Shown here piece by piece: positions 25,922 to 28,487 of a stretch of DNA of 28,487 nucleotides. The notes under the pieces were generated by a model that was not told the DNA's origin, made no database searches, and worked only from the letters and a program-made list of their open reading frames with translations. Source of the stretch: a virus (lineage: Duplodnaviria > Caudoviricetes); IMG/VR virus record IMGVR_UViG_3300047407_000107, positions 1 through 28,487 of that record. One strand, written 5' to 3'. The translations under genes were made by a program, and so were the position numbers. Position 1 is the first letter of the stretch. Each line of letters starts with the position of its first letter.

Positions 25922-27840
25922 CCTATCGTATCGCATGGGTACAGCCCAACTTCCAGCAAGGCCCTCGCGAGTTCAACGCCTTTTATCTACCCTACTCAGC
26001 CGGTGTGATCTGGAGTTACGCCTGTACCGATCCCTGGGTACGAGAGAATTTTGAATGCACCCACATGGTATGGCGCCGGGATGCTGTGGAATCCGTGGCT
26101 CAGTGCCTGGCACAAAATGATGTGGTGGCATTCAGTACCTATGTCTGGAACCATCAATACAACTACGCTCTGGCACGCCGGCTACGAGAAATCAATCCAC
26201 GGTGCTTGATCGTATTTGGCGGGCCGGAACCGGCCATCACGGATCCCGACATATTCGTCCGGGAACCCTACATGGATCTGGTGGTGTGTTTTGAAGGCGA
26301 GATAACTTTTCAGCGTGTTTTGCGAGCATTCGAACAGCGCAATTGGCTTGACATCCCGGGTCTGTTGGTGAATCAAAATGGAGTGGCTGTCAGCACCGGC
26401 CGGGCCCAACGCATAGAAAAATTAGATCAAGTGCCTAGTCCCTATCTCAGCGGGTTGTTTGATCGTATCATGGCCGACAACCCTGATGTGGAGTGGAATG
26501 GCACCCTGGAAACCAATCGAGGGTGCCCGTTCCAATGCACCTTTTGCGACTGGGGTAGTTTGACCTATAACAAAGTCAAGCAGTTTGATTTACAGCGTGT
26601 GTTTGATGAGTTGGAATGGATGGCCCAAAATCGCTGCGGATTTATATCCATCACCGATGCCAACTTTGGTATGTTTGCCGAGCGTGACAATCTCATAGCC
26701 GACAAAATCATCGAAATACAACAGCGGTATGGCTACCCCAAGACATTCTCCGTGGCCTGGGCCAAGAATCAAAAACGCGAAGTGGTAGACATTGTCAAGA
26801 AGCTGCTGGCAGCCCCGGGCTTCAATCAAGGGCTGACACTCAGCGTCCAGAGCTTGGATGAAGGTGTGCTGGAGAATATACGCAGACGCAACATGGAAAT
26901 GAGTCGTTTGGAGGAGGTGTTTGAACTATGCGAACAGCGCAACATACCCACCTACACCGAACTGATCCTGGGGTTACCCGGGGAAAGTCTGGCCAGTTGG
27001 AAGGACAATTTCTGGCGCTTGTTCCGCATGGGCAACCACACCGGACTCACTGTGTTCCAGGCTCAGCTGTTGGAAAACGCCGAAATGAATCTCACGCAAA
27101 AGTCTGAATATGATATCACAGCTCAAACGGTCACAGATTACTTTTCCGGCAGCTACAGTAACGAGCATGTGACTGAGGGTATCGACATCGTGATCAGCAC
27201 ACGAGATCTACCCTTTGAACAGATGCTAGATGCCGAAGTATTCAGTTGGTATATCAATACCTGGCATGTCAATGGTATCAGCACCGTGGCCAGTAGGTTT
27301 GTAAATCGCTATCTGGGTGTGGATTACAGTGAATTCTATGACCAGCTCTGGCAATTTTTACAGTCAGACCCCTGGCTGGTGCAGGAACAGCAAGAGATAA
27401 GACAATACTACACCAACTGGATGACCCAGGGCCAGATCCGGCATCCCCGTATTGGTGGGATCGAGATACATGGTTGGAATCTCATACATCGCACCACGCT
27501 AAACATGCATATAGAACAGCAGTATGATCGCATGTTCCAGCTGCTGGAGAAATTCCTACAAAGATATCGTCTCAAACCCGGATTACTGGCCGATGTGATG
27601 GCACTGCAACGGCGATATCTCATCGCCTACGGTGAGATCGGCACCTATCCCAATACCCTAGAGTTGAATCACAACATCTGGGAATATATTACCACTGATC
27701 AAGCACTCATCCCGGCTCCGGTGCAATATGTATTGGATTTCCCCGAAGACAAAGGCATGAGCTTCGCACGTTTCCTGGAACTATTTTATTTCGCAAGACG
27801 TAGAAATTTTGGCAAAGCAACCGTGGAGAAATTAGCATGA
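25918..27840 (+). CDS. Cobalamin-binding radical SAM protein
   Basis: VAFSTYVWN...IVFGGPE...FEGE B12 domain; ETNRGCPFQCTFCDW; DANF; ILGLPGE. Confidence 0.92.
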   Translation: MTYRIAWVQPNFQQGPREFNAFYLPYSAGVIWSYACTDPWVRENFECTHMVWRRDAVESVAQCLAQNDVVAFSTYVWNHQYNYALARRLREINPRCLIVFGGPEPAITDPDIFVREPYMDLVVCFEGEITFQRVLRAFEQRNWLDIPGLLVNQNGVAVSTGRAQRIEKLDQVPSPYLSGLFDRIMADNPDVEWNGTLETNRGCPFQCTFCDWGSLTYNKVKQFDLQRVFDELEWMAQNRCGFISITDANFGMFAERDNLIADKIIEIQQRYGYPKTFSVAWAKNQKREVVDIVKKLLAAPGFNQGLTLSVQSLDEGVLENIRRRNMEMSRLEEVFELCEQRNIPTYTELILGLPGESLASWKDNFWRLFRMGNHTGLTVFQAQLLENAEMNLTQKSEYDITAQTVTDYFSGSYSNEHVTEGIDIVISTRDLPFEQMLDAEVFSWYINTWHVNGISTVASRFVNRYLGVDYSEFYDQLWQFLQSDPWLVQEQQEIRQYYTNWMTQGQIRHPRIGGIEIHGWNLIHRTTLNMHIEQQYDRMFQLLEKFLQRYRLKPGLLADVMALQRRYLIAYGEIGTYPNTLELNHNIWEYITTDQALIPAPVQYVLDFPEDKGMSFARFLELFYFARRRNFGKATVEKLA

Positions 27841-28391
27841 AACAAACACTCTTGAATTGGCGTCACATCGAATGTTTCACCCAAGACATCCTGAGGCAGA
27901 TGCAACAGGATCAGTGGCAACCGGATTACGTGGTAGGACTCACACGCGGTGGGCTCACTCCCGCTGTGCTGATCAGTCAATATCTAGGCATCCCCATGTA
28001 TGCACTCAAGATCAGTCTGCGTGATGGCAACGATGATAGCGAAAGCAATCTCTGGATGAGCGAAGAAGCCTTTGGCTATGTGTGCGAACGAGAACAAGAG
28101 ACACTGGGCAGTCGCTGGGATCCAAGCCATCGTAAAAAAATACTGGTAGTGGACGACATCAACGACAGCGGCGCCACCCTCAAGTGGCTGATCCAGGACT
28201 GGCAATCCAGCTGTTTACCCAACGAAGTTGACGTTTGGAACACAGTGTGGAATCGTAATGTCAAGTTCGCAGTGCTGGTCGATAACACCACCAGCGAATT
28301 TCGGGGCGTGGATTATCAGGCCATGACCGTGAACAAGCTGGATGATCCACAATGGGTCGTTTTTCCCTGGGAAGACTTCTGGCAACGATAG
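27837..28391 (+). CDS. Type I purine phosphoribosyltransferase (Gpt-like)
   Basis: VVGLTRGGL, PRPP loop ILVVDDINDSGAT, WVVFPWE. Confidence 0.92.
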   Translation: MKQTLLNWRHIECFTQDILRQMQQDQWQPDYVVGLTRGGLTPAVLISQYLGIPMYALKISLRDGNDDSESNLWMSEEAFGYVCEREQETLGSRWDPSHRKKILVVDDINDSGATLKWLIQDWQSSCLPNEVDVWNTVWNRNVKFAVLVDNTTSEFRGVDYQAMTVNKLDDPQWVVFPWEDFWQR

Positions 28392-28404
28392 GCCAAGTCG
28401 CTGC

Positions 28405-28433
28405 TTGACTGACCCGAATAATCTCCATATACT
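28405..28433 (+). promoter_or_regulatory. Sigma70-type promoter
   Basis: TTGACT-17 nt-TATACT followed by AGGAGG. Confidence 0.75.
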
Positions 28434-28451
28434 AGTGACTAGGAGGTCGCA

Positions 28452-28487
28452 ATGAAAATCAAGGTTGCTGAATTGTTTTATAGTGTG
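28452..28487 (+). CDS. queE: Start of a probable 7-carboxy-7-deazaguanine synthase (truncated by the window edge)
   Basis: MKIKVAELFYSV matches the QueE N-terminus that normally continues QGEG; folE/queD context. Only 12 codons are visible. Confidence 0.65.
   Translation, partial: MKIKVAELFYSV

Overview
This window is a densely coding, almost entirely + strand segment of a large dsDNA bacteriophage (distantly T4-like or jumbo myovirus, inferred from the family B polymerase, gp45-like clamp and late-promoter-like motifs), read with the standard genetic code. It has three parts. (1) 1-10.6 kb: genes whose products start with a short M-x(5-7)-E leader resembling the T4 capsid-targeting sequence. 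They include an ADP-ribosyltransferase-like protein, a Nudix+GNAT fusion, a methyltransferase and a 1060-aa modular protein punctuated by hydrophobic-x-E motifs; Dps and a radical SAM gene are interspersed. (2) 10.6-16.8 kb: replication genes. The DNA polymerase is fractured at its catalytic YGD|TDS motif by a naturally split Ser1/Thr+1 intein, with a free-standing Vsr-like homing endonuclease between the halves. (3) 17.5-28.5 kb: a 7-deazaguanine cluster (TGT/DpdA-like, DpdL-like QueD paralogue, FolE, QueD, start of QueE) interleaved with two glycosyltransferases, GalE, a MazG-like pyrophosphatase, a B12 radical SAM enzyme and a phosphoribosyltransferase, which suggests an unusual, possibly glycosylated, deazapurine modification. 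The TGT-like gene has an apparent 5' frameshift, and a preQ1-riboswitch-like pseudoknot lies upstream of queD. All protein calls come from motifs read by eye; no searches were run.
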